This document shows positions 63,577 through 64,000 of a stretch of 64,000 nt of DNA, in pieces. Position numbers and translations under genes: made by a program. The notes under the pieces were generated by a model. That model did no database searches and was not told where the DNA came from. It saw only the letters and a program-made list of their open reading frames with translations. Source of the DNA: Batkoa obscura. Lineage: Eukaryota. Every line of letters begins with the position of its first letter. The first letter of the stretch is position 1. The DNA is taken from NCBI GenBank assembly GCA_030770535.1, contig JASVEC010000001.1, positions 2,356,001 to 2,420,000 on the forward strand, in the 5' to 3' direction.

Positions 63577-64000
63577 ATATTTTGTATAGATGTTGTTTCC
63601 ATTATGTTATCTCTTATTGTAAAATATTTATACTTTATATGTAAAAGCATAGTGAAACAACATTTGGACGATATCATGTAATCTCAGCTTGATCAGATCA
63701 GATCATTATAAACTATTCTCATTTAAATAGTTTTAGTTTTATTTTATCATATTTTTTAATATTTTTTTATTCTGAAAAGATTGTTAGGTAATATATTCAA
63801 AAAATGTTTATAATATTACCGAATTCATTATGTGTAGTATAAATAATACTCCTGGTAAAAACTATCTTGTATATATGGACAACTCTCAGTTTTTAGCTAA
63901 TGAACATTTCATATTAAATCAACTTTATAAAAATCAAATAGAAAATTCGATAAAATATAATCATTATTAACCTAGATAACGTTGATTAAGTATACTTACA

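Overview
Very AT-rich eukaryotic DNA with short (~45-60 nt) GT-AG introns. Gene content (Cyr1-type LRR-PP2C-cyclase, SLS1-like, Ctr, Egt2-like) indicates a fungus, plausibly an early-diverging lineage (inference). Positions 1-15.8 kb hold a cluster of seven intronless paralogues of a secreted protein family I cannot assign. Members have a signal peptide, a Q/K/E/P pentapeptide spacer, a GLPI(N/D)(L/I)G linker, 27-aa amphipathic beta-type repeats and often a C-terminal Tyr. The rest is mostly spliced housekeeping genes (Rpp40, mL44, IPK1, SLS1-like, Mago, eL20, eS24, VMA8, PDE, NUFIP1, INO80, adenylate cyclase, HMG box, Trm140-like), four intronless genes (DM9, Ctr, Kelch-TM, Egt2-like) and two tRNAs. 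Non-coding highlights: about 18 copies of a ~97-bp MITE with 4-bp target duplications, two other MITE-like elements, a probable solo LTR, and two inverted gene pairs each with a near-identical patch inside otherwise diverged copies. The adenylate cyclase lacks its first metal-binding Asp. Family assignments come from motif recognition, not database searches; spliced gene boundaries were read by hand.
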